From assembly GCF_009914755.1 (NCBI RefSeq), contig NC_060926.1: a DNA stretch of 64,000 bases, one strand, 5' to 3'. Made by a program: the position numbers and the translations under genes. Shown here piece by piece: positions 13,371-27,234 of this stretch (positions within the stretch are counted from its first letter, which is position 1; the number at the start of each line of letters is the position of its first letter). The stretch is from the human T2T-CHM13v2.0 reference genome, Homo sapiens. The notes beneath the pieces are model-generated. The model did not search any database. It was not told where the DNA came from and worked only from the letters and a program-made list of their open reading frames with translations.

Positions 13371-13801
13371 TGCTATGGTTTAAATGTTTGTCCACTCTGA
13401 AACTCATGTTGGAACTTCATCCCCAGTGTAAGAGTATTAAGAAATCAGGCCTTTAACAGATGATTGGGCCTGAGGGCAGAGCCCTCATTAATGGATTAAT
13501 CCATTCATAATTAATGGTTTAATGAGTTATCACAGGAGTAGGTTAGTTATAGAACTAGCGGGTATAGTGGGTCTGTTATAAAAGCCAGTTTGGCTTTCTC
13601 TCATGTGCCATTCTCATCCTGTGGTGCTTTCCACCATGTTATGAAGCAATAAGAAGGCCTTCATGAGATCCAGCCCCTTGATCTTCGACATTCCAGCCTC
13701 TAGAACTGTAAGAAATACATTTCTCTCTCTCCTTTTTTTAAAAAAAATAAATTACCCAGTCTGTGGTATTCAATTATGGAAACAAAAAATGGACTAAGAC
13801 A
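13371..13801 (+). mobile_element. MST-family (MSTB/C/D-like) MaLR solo LTR
   Basis: TG...CA termini: tgctatggtttaaatgtttg...aaattacccagtctgtggtatt...ggactaagaca. Confidence 0.88.
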
Positions 13802-15087
13802 ACAGATGACTTAGACCATAGTTTGTCATACCTACCACTGATCTTCCTTTATCAACTCATAGTAGGTAGTATGGTGTAGAATCAAGGACTTTCTGAGGTT
13901 ACATAAATTAATTACACTGTAATATCAAATATTCATTTGCTGTATTCTTTAATAGGTCTTTATCCTTAATCATTTTATTTCCATTACTATTCTCTGTGAT
14001 GTTCATACAGAGAACATCTGTATGAACAGATGGCAAAGACTGGAGTAGCAAAGACTTGTGTCCTGTCCACTTTCAATGACAGCATAGGGGATGAAACTTT
14101 TCCTTATCTTAACAAAAAAAACCCTACTTCTATTGTAATTTTAAGAAATCACTATTGTTGTGACTGTGTTTTTTAACTGCCAAACACTCATGCACACTTT
14201 TAATTTTCTCTGTCTCTTTTTCACTCTCTTTTGAATTATTTATACTAAATTTTCATCTAGTCTTAGAATCTTTTGCAAATTATAATACTTTGCAAATGGA
14301 ATCCCTTTTGTTGTGTTCTTTCCATACTGATTAACATCTTATTTATCTGGCTTCATTAGTATAGGTCGCACCACTCAGTTTATTATGTGTAAATTTTATT
14401 AAGACAGGGGTAATTGAGAATGAGTTAAAAAATACCAAATGCTACCCATTATAGCTGCTTTCTGGCACCATTCTTATATTTAAAATTATTTAAATATACA
14501 AATGAATATACGGTAAATGAACAGAGCTTGTAGAACAGTGTCTCCTTTTCAGTGCCATAAACTAATTGAGCATTGGCTTTGTTTTAAGTACAAAGTGTAT
14601 GGAAACATAAATTTCTAAAATATTATTTATAATGAGTAGACAAATAGAATCTGAAAACTTACTTTATCTTTATCTCAAAAATATGTCTGGACAATATAAG
14701 AAGCCTTCAATCTAAAGAAGATGTCAAGTAAAATGTCTTTTATCCAAGCTAAATCATTATTTGCCTGTATGTTCTCTCCATATGCTTAAGTTTCTGCCTA
14801 AATTTGTTTTTGTTGGTGATTAATTATTAGCAAGTTGTCCTATGTAATATTACATCATTTCATAAATGGATGGTGAAAAGAGTTAAGGAAAGGAAAGAGG
14901 TAGAGTGGTCAGGTAGGTGCTCCCAAAATTGTTCAGTTCTTTTGAAATGCTGCAATGTTTTGGTAATATGCAAGATCTGAAACATTTCAAAAAATATTCA
15001 ATATGTTAAAATGAAGTATCATTAGGACCCATGTATTAGTCTCCATATTCTTCTGCAGAATTCACTCTACATACTACTAATTCACAA

Positions 15088-15270
15088 AACAGTAATAGTT
15101 CATTGAACATTTTCTCTGTGTCAGGTATTCTACTAAGTGCTTCATATCCATTAGGCATGATTACCCTTATTTAATGTATCTAGAAATTAAGATTTGAGAT
15201 ATGAACAATTTTCCCACTGTTATTAAAAGGCAGAAACTGAATTAAGAGGCCAGATGTGTGTACTTCAGTG
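15088..15270 (-). mobile_element. MIR relic
   Basis: tagttcattgaacattttctctgtgtcaggtattctactaagtgctt resembles the antisense MIR 3' end. Confidence 0.6.
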
Positions 15271-15339
15271 GCAGTTGTGATGAAAACAGTGCTTGTACAC
15301 CAAATATTATCAACACTTTTCTACCTGTCTCAGGCTATT

Positions 15340-16020
15340 TTGCTATTATATTGAGGCCATGTGTCTATTTCTAGTTAACGAACTTTAAATGGAAGTAATG
15401 TGTGTCACTTCCCACCAAGATGGATAAGAAACAGTGTACAATCTCGATGCTTCTTTCTGTTAAGCCTTCTTTAGAGGCATCTTCCAGATGGTAAAATTAC
15501 AAAAAGGAAAATGTCCTCTTGTATTACTAGTTTCCTAGGGCTCCTGTAACAAAGCACCATAAACTAGGTGACCTAAACAACAAAAATTTATTACCTCACA
15601 ATTATGGAGGCCAAAACTCTAAAATCGAGATGTCAGCGGAGCCTTGATCTCTCTGAAGACTCTAGGGAAGTGTTTGTTCCAAGTCTCTCTCGCAGGTTCT
15701 GGTAGCTTTAGGCATTCCTTGCCTTGCAAATAGCCATCTTCTCCCTGTGTCTCTTCACATGGTCTTTGCTCTGGGTGTATCTGTTTCTATGTCCAAATTT
15801 ATCCCTTTTTATAAGAACACCTATCATATTGTATTAGGGCCCATGCTAATGATCCCATCTTAACATGCCTGGATCTGCACAGACTCTGTTTCTAAGTAAG
15901 GTCATATTCTGAGGTACTAGGTGTTAGGACTTCAAAATCTATTTTTTGGAAGACACAATACAACCTGTAACACCACCTAATCTGCATTAGACATGTGAGC
16001 AAAAATTTAGTTTTCATTTG
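15340..16020 (+). mobile_element. Old MLT1 (MLT1I/J-like) LTR split by an MLT1C-like insertion
   Basis: ggccatgtgtctatttctagttaacgaactttaaatggaagtaatgtgtgtcacttcc before 15520; gtgagcaaaaatttagttttcattg-like continuation after 15972. Confidence 0.55.
15520..15972 (-). mobile_element. MLT1C-like MaLR solo LTR
   Basis: tgtattactagtttcctagggctcctgtaacaaagcacc...ctctgaagactctagggaag...gacacaatacaacctgtaaca. Confidence 0.85.
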
Positions 16021-16577
16021 ATATAATTTTTCTGCATTTTATAATATAGAATATACTATATATATATTTATATATGAGGTATAGTACCACAGGATACCCT
16101 CTGTTCTAAACTTATTCTATATTATGTGAAGTTATTCTACATCATAACAATTTTAATTAGTTTTCTTTTTCAGCATTTCTATTCCCATGCCATGTTTAGT
16201 CCAGTTTAATAAAACTACATATGGGCATTATAACAACATTTTGATTCACAATCTTAGTTAAAACTCAGAGTCCCTTTAGAATACTGATCCTGGTCACTGG
16301 TCATACATTTTACCATTTTCCTTATTGACTATTATTAATGGACAATATTCCTTTCAAGATCCATAATCAACCTGAATATTCTTTATTTCTTCTTCTTCCT
16401 TGGTAAAATGACAGTCAGCATGTTTAAGACAGCCCTCTGGCCCTGTGAAAGTTATGTTAGAATTGAGCAGCATAAGGATTAAGTCCTAAGTCTATGCATG
16501 GGAGTATAAGGATTTCTATAATATGGCTCTGTATACTTACTTCCCCACCCCTCTCCATACCTCTCTCCTCCACTTAC

Positions 16578-16714
16578 CTGACATGACAAAAATACTGAAT
16601 GATAGGAAACATTGCATATAAACAGTTTTTCATTTCTCTATGCCTTTGCTCTTGTTATTTCCTGTGTGTAATTGATCCACCAAACCCCACCCCCATCTCT
16701 TCTATATATACCAC
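16578..16714 (-). other. Candidate 137-nt non-coding exon (partly antisense L2-derived)
   Basis: Minus strand acceptor T11-CAG|G (AG at 16716-16715), branch-like ccttaat upstream, perfect donor CAG|GTAAGT (GT at 16577-16576). Confidence 0.35.
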
Positions 16715-17270
16715 CTGAAAAAAAAAAACTCATATATACAATTAAGGAGTCCATTTTAAGCATTTCCTATTTCCTTTGGGCAGATTGGTAGATCAGTAGA
16801 TTAGTTACAGGAGCATTTGCTGCTGCAATAAATTATCCCCAAATGTCAGTGGGCTGATATGTGGACACATCAGTCCAATTATAATGTTCCTGATCAGTAA
16901 TGATTTAGGAACCCAAACTCCTTCTATCTTGAGGTGCCACTTTCCTTGTTGGGGTAGGGGAAGGGGAAAGAGTTGGGAAGGCACATTGATATAACAAGGT
17001 CTGGAAGATATGGTCCTTTTCTGGGAACACATCTTCACCAATAACTCTATATGAGTGGTCAGCTAGGCCTCTCTGCCTTACTGCTCCTTTTGCTTCACCT
17101 CTTTCATAGTATGTATTGTATTAAATTGCAGGCTATATTCTTTTTCTTATGTTTGCCTTCCAAATAGACTGTTAATTAATTGTGAGAGCCAATAGTGGCT
17201 TGATAATGGTATTTTCTCAGAATGGTACCTGACGCGAGGTAGGAAGCAAATAAGCGTATATTTCACTTAC
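16630..17270 (+). mobile_element. L2 3' relic, interrupted (~16795-17035) by an old MLT1-like LTR piece
   Basis: ctatgcctttgctcttgttatttcctg; ccttccaaatagactgttaa...cctgacgcgaggtaggaagcaaataa are L2-like; gctgctgcaataaattatccccaaatgtcagtgg and ggaacccaaactccttctatcttg are MLT1K/L-like. Confidence 0.5.
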
Positions 17271-18655
17271 TTATTGGATTAAGCTAAATTGTCCATTTCT
17301 GGCACTATTTGTACTTTCATTATCCTGTGATTTCTGGTCTCTTAAAATCAAATATGATAAAAAGGAATCCAACCCATTTGTAACACTCTGACTTTTTTTT
17401 TTTTTACTAGATCTAAAAGATAGTTAGCTAATATTCATAGCTAAGCTTGTTAAGCAGTATGCCGAAAACCCCTAATCAAATCTAACATTGCCGGTGGCAT
17501 CTAATTGCTCAAATATTCAAGTAATAGAATGCTGAAACATACATTTTGTATTAGTAAAGTCTTGATAACATCTAATTTGGTTATTACTATTTCCAATGAT
17601 TTGAAACTCAATACTGTTTCTAATAGGTTTATATGATAATGAATTTTCCTATTTTATTTATTGCTTAGAATTGTTTGGGCTATGGCATTCACATTGTTCA
17701 TGGAATTAAAAAAAAACCTATAGAAATATTTGGAGCACTAAATAAGAAGAAGTAAATTCTAAATATGCAGCTGCATGGAACCTCTCATGTTAAAATTTAT
17801 TTTAAAATTTTATGATCAGTTTAGATTTCATTATGTATGGTTCCACATTTTTATTTGTTTCCACATGTGTTAGCTAAAATGAATTGCTGTAATTAGTATA
17901 AATTGCAGTATAAGAGAAATAAAGAAGTTAAAGCTATCTTGAGGCCACTATAGCTCAAATTTTGGTCAGGAATGTCCCAATTCCTCTTCTCCACATGGTA
18001 TCATTAAAACATTACACACTTAATAAACAGAATTTTTAAAGAAATCTAACAGCAAAGTTGATAACATTAATTCTTGATTATAAATCTCATCATAAAATTG
18101 TATCAAGACAGTATATCTTTTACTAAACCAATAATATTGAAATATTTGTGAACAGTTCTTTTATAAATTTGAATTATAGATACTTAAGTTTCTATGCCAC
18201 AAAACCCTCAATAATCCATATTTTAATAATGTTCTAAATGCATATCTCAGTATAAACATATCCCAGTATAAACTCCAAAACTATGTATACTCAAACAAAA
18301 AGCAAATGTTGATTTTCAAGCCATAAATTCTGACTGGCAAAAATATAACTTGATTTTTAAAATAATTTCATCTTTACTTTGAGATTCTTTTCTGACTAGT
18401 GGCAGAAAAAACAATCTAGGTAACATCAGATAAACTGGATACTCTAGTATTTTTCTTAGCCATTTCAAGTTCGAACTCAGCCAGATAAGATTTCTTTCTT
18501 TTCCCTGCCTTCTCCATGGGCTGGACAGTTTAGGTATCCAGGCTTTAATTAACCATGACCTCAAGAGAAGGAGTTGGTTTCTGTTCATGACAGCCTTTTT
18601 GGGTTGTAAACACATCTCTACTTCTTAGCTCCTCCATACTGATAATATCAAGCAG

Positions 18656-18999
18656 TGTCTTAGTTCATTATGAATGTTTTACCAGTATAACATAGACTGG
18701 GTAGCTGATAAGTAACAGGAACTTATTTCTCACAGTTCTGGTGGCTAGGCAGTCCAAGACGAAGGTACTGGCAGATTCAGTGTCTGGTGAGGGCCCACTT
18801 TTTGGTTCATAGATGGGACCTTCTCACTGTGTTCTCACATGTTGGAAGGGGCAAAGGGTCTCTCTCTCTGGCCTCTTATACAAGGACGCTAATCCATTCC
18901 TAGTGGCTTTCCAAAGGCCCCACCTCCTAACACTATCACCTTGGGGGTTGGAATTTTAACCTAGGAATTTGAGGGGACACAAACAGTAAGACCATAGCA
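18656..18999 (-). mobile_element. MLT1A/MLT1A0 MaLR solo LTR
   Basis: tgtcttagttc...ttatttctcacagttctgg...ggcagattcagtgtctggtgagggccc...ggggacacaaacagtaagaccatagca. Confidence 0.88.
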
Positions 19000-19969
19000 A
19001 CGAGCCTTCAATTAAATAGTCCAACCTGATACTTTCTAGGGCCCTGACTAGCTCACTCACATGCTTTCTCACATTCTGTAAATATTATGTTATTCCCCAG
19101 TTATGGGTAATGAAAAAGTCCCTTGTTTACTGTTTTGCACTGTTTCATATAGGAAGTAGATCACATGACCCTTCTATTCTCACAATCTGCAGAATTACCT
19201 AGTTTTATCATATTCCTGGAGTTCAGCCTAGAAAAGTGAACATAGCGCCCCGCTTTGGAGACTCTCACTATATGCCCACCAGCACTAGAAATATTTATAA
19301 ACTGTAAGCAGTTAAACTGGTTCTTAGATTATATTACATTGCAACAGTTGTCATTATTTATGTAGTAAATATACTTATTTATGTAAAACAGAACATATCT
19401 AATAAAATAATGTATCACATTGATCAACCAAAGAATCAGTGGGCAATGAGAGTGCCAACAGGTCAGCCTCCAAAGTGAAGGAGTTGCCCAGCACTGGCCA
19501 GAGGAATGCATACCTGTCAAGCTAAATCAAGAATCTCATCTGCTTCAAATATTACAGCATGAGGCCATTACACATTTGGATCATGTAACTAATTATCCCT
19601 ATGCTTATTTTAGACTTACTTAAATAACCCTCTGGCAAGCTAGCTTCCCAAATGATACAGGAAATATACTGGTGAACTCTCATACATTTTATTGTACATG
19701 AATATATCAGCATAATTTTATACATCATCCTCTAAAGAGTTTTATTTACATAAGTTCATATTCTCAGTTCTGGTTTATGCCAGGATACTCACAAGAAAGT
19801 ACCTGCCCTCCTGCCACCACTGGGTTCACAAGACTGAAAAAAGTGGTGAATTTAGTTAGGCAACTGCTGTCTTCTGTGGAATCTTTGTCTCAATGTTCTT
19901 TCCTCAAAATTCTACTATATGAATTTTCCAGGTCTATAATATCCTACTAATGTAAAGGCTTTTTACATG

Positions 19970-20266
19970 ATTGTTTTATTTTGTTTTGTTTTTTGTTTTT
20001 TTGAGACAGAGTCTCACTCTGTTGCCCAGGCTGGAGTGCAGAGGTGCAATCTCAGCTCACTGCAACCTCCGCCTCCCGGGTTCAAGCAATTCTCTGCCTC
20101 AGCCTCCCGAGTAGCTGAGATCACAGGTACCCACCACCAAGCCCGGCTAATTTTTGTATTTTTAGTAGAGACGGGGTTTCACCATGTTGCCCAGGCTGGT
20201 CTTGAACTCCTGACCTCATGATCCACCCGCCTCGGCCTCCCAAAGTGCTGGGATTACAGGCATGAG
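19970..20266 (-). mobile_element. AluS (AluSg-like), missing ~15 nt at the 5' end
   Basis: Antisense dimeric Alu with T-rich tail; gacctcatgatcc and ttctctgcctcagcc diagnostics. Confidence 0.95.
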
Positions 20267-20531
20267 ATGTTTCAAGTGATAGCCTTAAGCAGAGCTGCTC
20301 CACAATTTTCTTTTATAAAAGATCTCTAAATACAATGCCGGTGGAGAATTTACTAAAAAGCTTGTTATTGGCTGTTTATAAATATTAGCCCAAGATTTAT
20401 TGCTATTTGTCATATAAATATCTAAAATATTTCATTGTGCTTAGTTTATATCTATAAGTGAGACTTCCTTGTTAAGGAGGTATATTCACACATCAGAGCA
20501 GTCAAGGCTCACCTCCGAAAGGAGAGTCATC

Positions 20532-20689
20532 TGACGTCAAGAAAAAACCAAAAGTAAGTATTGTGAGGGTAGCAGGGAAAGAAAGCCTGGGTAATCCACA
20601 TACCTGAACGAGTACTTGTCTGCACCTCATATTCAACTAGTGCCAAACAGGAGTCAGTTATTATTGATTCCATAGAGCTGAGTCACATG
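20532..20689. promoter_or_regulatory. Motif cluster: full CRE TGACGTCA (20532-20539), AP-1 TGAGTCA (20679-20685) overlapping E-box GTCACATGA
   Basis: Exact motif matches only; no functional data. Confidence 0.25.
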
Positions 20690-21120
20690 AAATTCATTCT
20701 CTCTGGGATTTGGCCAGAAACAAGGTTTATTAAGCCTTACATCACTTTATTATCCAGGTTAACTCCTCACTCTAAGGGCTAAGAGAGCTTTATTATTAGT
20801 TTGCAATTTTGTATGTTTTAAGTGGAATGACATTATTTTGCCCAAGTGAATAAAATGAAGCACAGTAATTGTAATTGCTATTGCCAGACTCCATAGCGAG
20901 CCTCGCAGGATTTTCCAAAAGTAAAATGACAATGCATCTTTGTCAACCTGGCCACCAACCCACCACGATGATTTCTGGCATATTTCCAACATTCTCCAAC
21001 AATTCTTGGGTGTCCCTGCATAAGATATACGACATGTCAAAGTCCAGATTCATTACATTTCTGCTTTTTTTTCTTTAGTACAAGATAATCCTTCATCATT
21101 GACTCATTTTTTAACAGAGT
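20690..21120 (-). mobile_element. Ancient CR1/L3-class LINE reverse-transcriptase relic
   Basis: Minus strand aatgtaatgaatctggactttgacatgtcg = NVMNLDFDMS (cf. DVVYLDFSKAF); later aaattgcaaactaataataaagct ~ KFADDTKL and tggccaaatcccagagagaatgaatttca ~ WA..N.MKFN, in the expected order. Confidence 0.45.
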
Positions 21121-21817
21121 GCTCCAGTTAAAAATATATCAAGATCTTGCCACAAGATGTCTTGACACTGACTCATTATTATAGAAAAGAATATGTTCAA
21201 GGAAACGAATGGGTAGGATAATGGCCAAGTGACAAAGCACAGCACTATACACATAAGATGGATAGCATTGACATAAGATGATAAACTGGAGTACCTGAAC
21301 GCTCATGATAATTTAAATTGTATCCGTTTAAGAAAAGTGCAGTTGAGAATTAAAGAGAACCAACACATCATATGAATATAACAAAGTTAATGCCTTAGGC
21401 TTACATTACCTGGTCCCCGGCCTAAGAGATAATCTCATCACTCACTGCTAATTTCCCTCCTCACTCCCCTTCGCATTCCTTGGTTTTGTATTTGTATGTG
21501 TGCAACATGCACAATATACACACATGAGCACATACTTGTAACCTACCAACTTGACTTCTGACAGTTTCTTGACTACTTCATACTTGTACACATCACTAGC
21601 ATTTTGTTCTTCTAGTACCGTCTACTCAAAACTTTCTTGTTTCCTTTACTCTTTGTTCTACTAATATAGGCCCAGTATAGATCTTCGTTCTCAGAAATAT
21701 TTGGTTTACAATGAAATAAACTGGTACAAACTTAAGCCAAAATGTGGATGCCACATATGACATGGCCACTTCTCATAGAACCCAAGCATAGCCATGTGGT
21801 AGAAACAAGGTTTAGAA

Positions 21818-21819
<2 letters not shown>

Positions 21820-21854
<35 letters not shown>
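21820..21854. repeat. (TG)17 microsatellite
   Basis: Uninterrupted dinucleotide run. Confidence 0.98.
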
Positions 21855-21856
<2 letters not shown>

Positions 21857-22449
21857 CAGTTGTGATAGAGCCATCATATAGGAAGGTCCAGTTTCCTCAC
21901 AATGGAAATGTAGTTTCAAGTAAGCCATATTCAAACTCTGCTTACACTATGCTAAATGACCCCGTCATACATACTTGTGGAGTTGGTATCAATAAATAAA
22001 ACAAGCTTTATACAAGTAGTATTTAACACTTTTGAGAATAAAAGCATTTCTGCGTCATTCTCTGTAATCCTCAAAGAAAAATGAAAAGAACTCTGAATAT
22101 CTTTGATTTGAATGTGCCCAGAGATTGATGCAATAGAAATATCAATTGAAATAAAAGAAGCAACAAATAACCTGAGATCAATACGTTATGTCTATTTAGT
22201 TTGATTATACCAAAATTTGCTTCAGAATTTCAGAGTTATAGTAATCATATAACGTAACTAGTTAACCCTGTGGTATTGCACATGAGAAAACTAAGGCTAG
22301 GTGGGTTTAGTAAATTACATAACCAAATGGACATTACAAAAGCAGTATCTACGTCTAAAAGGGCTCACGTAGACTAAGTAGAGAGAAATTAGGCTCTCGA
22401 GAGAAAATTATATAGTTGGCCAACTATGATGAGTTTCTACTCCACTGAT

Positions 22450-22590
22450 TAAGTGCTCTTACTCTAGTTTCTCTTCTATAAAAGCATGGTAATAATATAT
22501 GCTTCATAGAATATTGTGAGAAATATATAAAATAATATCAAGGAGACTCCTAGCCCAATAACTGGGACAGAACAGGCCTCTTAATAACAT
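22450..22590 (+). mobile_element. MIR relic
   Basis: ctctagtttctcttctataaaagcatggtaataatatatgcttcatagaatattgtgaga core. Confidence 0.6.
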
Positions 22591-22719
22591 CTTCCTCTTC
22601 CTGGTTAACTCATATGAGTTTGAATTTAAAATACTATTCTAACTTTATTTACAAATTAGATTAGTGTGCAATGTATCAGATAATTTTGCACTTTTATATT
22701 TCCACAGAAAAAGTATATT

Positions 22720-22960
22720 ATTTGGGGTATATGTGTTATGTGTTTTACATAAGTGTTACGTTCCCTCTCTACCTTGCTGTCTTTATCAACAGTATAAATT
22801 AAATAACTTTCCATGTAGTTATATTTTGTTCCTTTTAACTATAGCAGAGTATTTTATAGTATGAATATTCTAACATTGTTTAAGCAGTCTCTAATTTATG
22901 GACATTTAGATTAATACAGTCTCCCTCACAATATTGTTATAAAGACTGAAATAACTGAAA
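22720..22960 (-). mobile_element. L1ME-type 3' fragment
   Basis: ccttttaactatagcagagtattttatagtatgaat...ttatggacatttagatt antisense L1M 3' motif. Confidence 0.55.
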
Positions 22961-24423
22961 TAATATTGTAAAGTTCTCAGCACAGTAAGCAAATAACAAA
23001 TGCTTGAAGTTGGTATTCCATGTTCATAATATTATCATAATCAGTTTTAAAATTATTCTCATTACCATTTTCCACACTTTTCCATTTCCCCATATAATTT
23101 TTTTAAAAGGCAAACTTTATATCACTTTATTTTTCTTCAGTTCCCTTTAAATTTGCATTTTACTGTAGTTTGATTTCATCCCCATAAAGATTTTACAAAA
23201 AATACTTTTACTGAGAACATCAACAATCTCTTATTTTTTAAATAATGGGACAATGTATAATGTTTACAGATCTTTTTACTGTATTGACAACATTTATTTA
23301 TCTCTCTCTTCTTTTTAAAATGTGTATATATATGTATGTATGTATATACACTCCTTCAAGAATTATATGAGTTAAAAACCAAAACTTAAATATATAAAAT
23401 AAGTAATATTTGGATGCTTTTAGAATTGTATATAAAATGAATTATCCTCATTATTATTTACTACTATTACTAAAAATAAAGTAATATATTGTGCATTGAA
23501 GAAACCACGCAAGCCAAAAGACAATGGAGTGATGCCATCAAAGTGCTGAAAGAAATAAAACTACTAAACCAAGAGTCTATACCCAGCAAAAATATCTTTA
23601 AAACTGAAGAAGATGTACTTTCTCATGTAAAAAAATTGAGAAATCTATTGTCAGCAGACATGTACTATAAGAAACGTTGAAATAAATTTTTGAGGAGTAT
23701 GATAGCAGGTAGAAATTTGGATCTACATTAAAAAATGAAAAGCACAGGAAAATAAATAAATATAAATAAATATGACTTTTCTCCTTATTTTAAATTGCTT
23801 TAAAAAACTGGATGTATGAAACAAAAATAGTAGCAAGGGTATTGTATGTGTATATTTCAAGTAGGTAAAAGTAAAATGCATGACAAAATATTATTAAGGA
23901 TGGAAAGAGGAAATAGAATACTGTTGTTAAGTTCCTTACACAACATATGAGGCAATATGTTAGTATTTAAAGATATAATCTGATTAGTTAAAAATAAATA
24001 TTATAAAGTATGAGGCAACCACCGAAAAATTTTTTAAACCTGGCACGAATAGTAAGGCAACAGTGAAGATAAAAAGGAATCCTAAAGATACAAAATTAAC
24101 AAAAATAAGTCAGAAATTAAGGATGAGCTTGCTGTTGTAATAAAAAATAAATATACCAAAAAAAAGTCATAAAAAGAGAGAAAAAAGAAACAAAACAGAG
24201 GCAATAAAGAGAAAACAATTAACAAGATGGTAAATTTTAATTCAGCCATATCTGTAATTACATTAAATGTAAACAGTCTAAATATATCAGGTAAATATAG
24301 AGATTATTAAATGAGATAAAAACTAAGACATAAGTACCTACCTTCTTAAAAACATACATTACCAGGAAAAGAATGAAAAAATACATACCAATTCATACCA
24401 TGCAAACATGAATCAAAACAAAG

Positions 24424-24489
24424 CTGAAAGATTAATACTAATATTGGGCCAAGTAGCTGAAAGACTTATACTAATACTGGGCAAAGTAG
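24424..24489 (+). repeat. 33-bp tandem duplication within L1M EN
   Basis: ctgaaagattaatactaatattgggccaagtag / ctgaaagacttatactaatactgggcaaagtag. Confidence 0.9.
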
Positions 24490-25123
24490 AATTTAGAACA
24501 AGGAATATTATCAAAGAAAGAGAAACATCATATGATAACAAGTCAGTTATCTAAGAATAAATAATAAATCTAAATATTCAAGCACCTTTATGTACAATTT
24601 CAAAATACATAAAGAAAACACTAAAAAAAAAGAAGCAGACAAATGCACAATTGTAGTTGGGTACTTCAATACCCCTCTCTCAGTAAATGATACAGCAAAA
24701 TGCAAAAACTGGCAGAATTCAAAGAAGGAGGCAGTTCTACAATAATAGTTGGATACTTCAGTATTAATCCACTTTTAATACAGAATAAAACATCGAGGTA
24801 GAAGATCACTAAGGAAATAGGTGGTGACTTGAACCATACTATAAACCAACTAGACCTAACATTCATAATTATTATACAACACTCTAACATCAGAAAACTT
24901 CACATTTTCCTCAAGTGCACAAAAGACATTCTCTAAGATAAACCATATGTTAAGCCACAAAACAAGTCTCCACATAAATCTTTTCAATCACATAAAAAGA
25001 TTGAAATTGTGTAAGTATCTTCTCCAATCATAATAAAATGAAACTAGAAATCAATAACTGACAGAAAACTAGAATATTTACAAATATGTGAAAATTAAAC
25101 AACACATTTTAAACAATGTGTCA

Positions 25124-25599
<476 letters not shown>

Positions 25600-25854
25600 T
25601 TAAAACTATAGGAACTAGAAAAAGAAAAGCAAACTAAACCCAAAGCTAACAGAAGGAAGAATTAAAGCAGACATAATATAGAAAACAGGAACATTCTGTA
25701 TTTTAAAGCAGACATAATACAGAGAATAGGAAACCAATAAGAAAAATCAATGAAACTAATAGTTTATTCTTAAGTTAAATACTTATTACATAAGCACAGA
25801 TACAAACAAAGTTACCAAAAAATACGCTAGACTAATTAGGAAAAAAAATGACAA

Positions 25855-26360
<506 letters not shown>

Positions 26361-26837
26361 CTATCAGAAAGAAAGAAATTGAACAGTAACAAGAATCCTC
26401 CTATCAAAGAAAAGCCCAGGGCCTGAAGGTTTCAATGGCAAATTCCACCAAATATACCCAATATTATTCTTTGAATTAATACCAATCATTTTCAAACTCT
26501 TCCAGAAAATAAAAGGGAATATTCCCTAACTCATCTTATGAGGCCATCACTACTTAAACCTGAAAGTTAGATAAAGACATCACAAGAAAAGAGAATTACA
26601 CACCAATATCCATTATTAATATAGATGATAAAAAACTCAACAAAATGCTAGCAACCTCAACACAACAGCATACTAAAAGGAACATATACAATGATCAAGC
26701 GGGATTTATCTCAGGATTTCAAGAGTGGTTAAAAATGAAAATCAATCAATGTGATATACCACATAAATGAAGAAAGAAAAAAACCACATGATCATCTCAA
26801 TTAGTATAGAAAATGCATTTGACAAAACAATAACATC

Positions 26838-27234
26838 TGAGTTAGTCCATTCATGTTGCCATAAAGAAATATCTGAGGCTGGGTAATTTATATAGAGAAA
26901 AGAAGTTTATTTGCCTCACATATCTGTAGGCTATACAAGAAGAGTGGCAACGACACCTGCTTCTGTTCAGGGTGGAAGGTAAAGGAGTAGCAGGTATCAC
27001 ATAACAAAAGGAAGGAAGCAAAAGAAGGCAGGGAGGTGACAGGCTCTTTTTAACAATCAGTTCTCGTGGGAACAGATAGAACAAAAACTCACTCACTACC
27101 TCAGGAACAGCACCAAGCCATTCATGAGAGACCAGCCCCTATGACCCAAACATCTCCTATGGGGCCCTAACTCCAATACCAAGGATCAAATTTCAACATA
27201 AAATTTGAAGGGAACAAATAGGCGAACTATATCA
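26838..27234 (-). mobile_element. MSTB-like MaLR solo LTR
   Basis: tgagttagtccattcatgttgccataaagaaatatctgaggctgggtaattt...caccaagccattcatgag...gaactatatca. Confidence 0.9.

Noticed and set aside
21410-21421. 12-nt minus-strand microexon-like TAG|GCCGGGGACCAG|GTAATG
   Set aside because: Purine-rich upstream region with several AGs and no good pyrimidine tract; likely chance
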